Part shown: one piece after another, positions 51,330 to 51,557 of the stretch | Layout of the letters: each line of letters opens with the position of its first letter | Position numbering within the stretch: position 1 is the stretch's first letter | Translations under genes and position numbers: made by a program | Source of the DNA: a virus | Virus record (IMG/VR): IMGVR_UViG_3300028887_000011 | Coordinates: 1-51,557 of that record | Length of the DNA stretch: 51,557 nucleotides | Direction: 5' to 3' (one strand) | The notes under the pieces: model-generated | The model's input: the letters and a program-made list of their open reading frames with translations, nothing else | Told to the model about the DNA's origin: nothing | Database searches by the model: none

Positions 51330-51402
51330 GCAGGATAAGCCATATTAAATTTATGATGGTTAGGCCTAATAGATTTATTAAAATAAACATGGCTTATCCT
51401 GC
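51330..51402. repeat. 14-bp perfect inverted repeat enclosing a 45-nt AT-rich interior with the central palindrome TTAGGCCTAA
   Basis: GCAGGATAAGCCAT (51330-51343) pairs with ATGGCTTATCCTGC (51389-51402). The palindrome is at 51360-51369. Confidence 0.7.
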
Positions 51403-51430
51403 TTGATACTGGTGTAAAATAGGAGAGGTC

Positions 51431-51557
51431 AAGAATGGACATTAAATTTGAGAATAAAGGTAAGCAAATTTCAGGAGTATCAAAATATTGGTTGGTATGG
51501 TTTATATTCATACTTGTTTTGATGTATATGTTCGATTCAAAATTACCATTATTTCTG
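51431..51557. repeat. Right copy of the 127-bp terminal direct repeat, identical to 1..127
   Basis: Read directly. Confidence 0.95.

Noticed and set aside
1-51557. Lysogeny module (integrase, CI/Cro-type switch, attP) or mobile elements
   Set aside because: I recognised no tyrosine or serine recombinase motifs, no divergent repressor pair and no transposase. The only HTH candidate (3475..3717) is a small isolated ORF. Absence by eye is weak evidence, so the lifestyle remains open.

Overview
This window looks like a complete tailed dsDNA phage genome. Bases 1-127 are identical to 51431-51557, so the unique length is 51430 bp and the contig closes on itself. The sequence is visibly AT-rich (not computed). 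Every credible gene is on the + strand. Signals are Gram-positive in style: GGAGG-type Shine-Dalgarno sites and TTGACA-17 nt-TGnTATAAT promoters.

Module order:
- 1-11.9 kb: small early genes, a ThyX-like protein, a RuvC-like resolvase, a MoxR-type AAA+ ATPase, two tRNAs (Gln-UUG, Leu-CAA) and RNase H.
- 11.9-14.0 kb: small and large terminase.
- 14.0-14.9 kb: r1t-type holin and M23 endolysin.
- 15.4-19.2 kb: a receptor-binding-type island, including a 1004-aa fibre-like protein with a metallophosphoesterase domain.
- 19.2-27 kb: portal, SPP1 gp7-like head protein fused to an ADP-ribosyltransferase, scaffold, lambda-E-like capsid.
- 27-37 kb: siphovirus-type tail with an 1153-aa tape measure.
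- 37-40 kb: small promoter-driven genes.
- 40.5-51.3 kb: primase, gp32-like SSB, NTP pyrophosphatase, Tmk-fold kinase, radical SAM enzyme, glycosyltransferase, T4 gp42-like pyrimidine hydroxymethylase, PolIII-alpha, RecA, dCMP deaminase and a Cas4-like nuclease.

The most interesting signal is the tightly coupled run at 42381-46078. It contains the T4 cytosine-replacement enzyme set plus a radical SAM/Cys-rich enzyme that the T4 pathway lacks. I read it as a candidate undescribed DNA hypermodification pathway.

Other notable items:
- eight near-identical consensus promoters, most followed by leader hairpins (weak after the 11340 promoter, none found after the 23045 promoter)
- two related long inverted-repeat elements
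- a capsid-targeted ART domain
- a shared HeH-like module with acidic Trp-containing tails on several proteins
- a tail-chaperone pair whose downstream ORF is in the +1 frame

I found no integrase, repressor, CRISPR array, rRNA or transposase.

All functional calls rest on motifs I recognised by eye. No database search was run. Start codons were chosen by SD spacing and are approximate.
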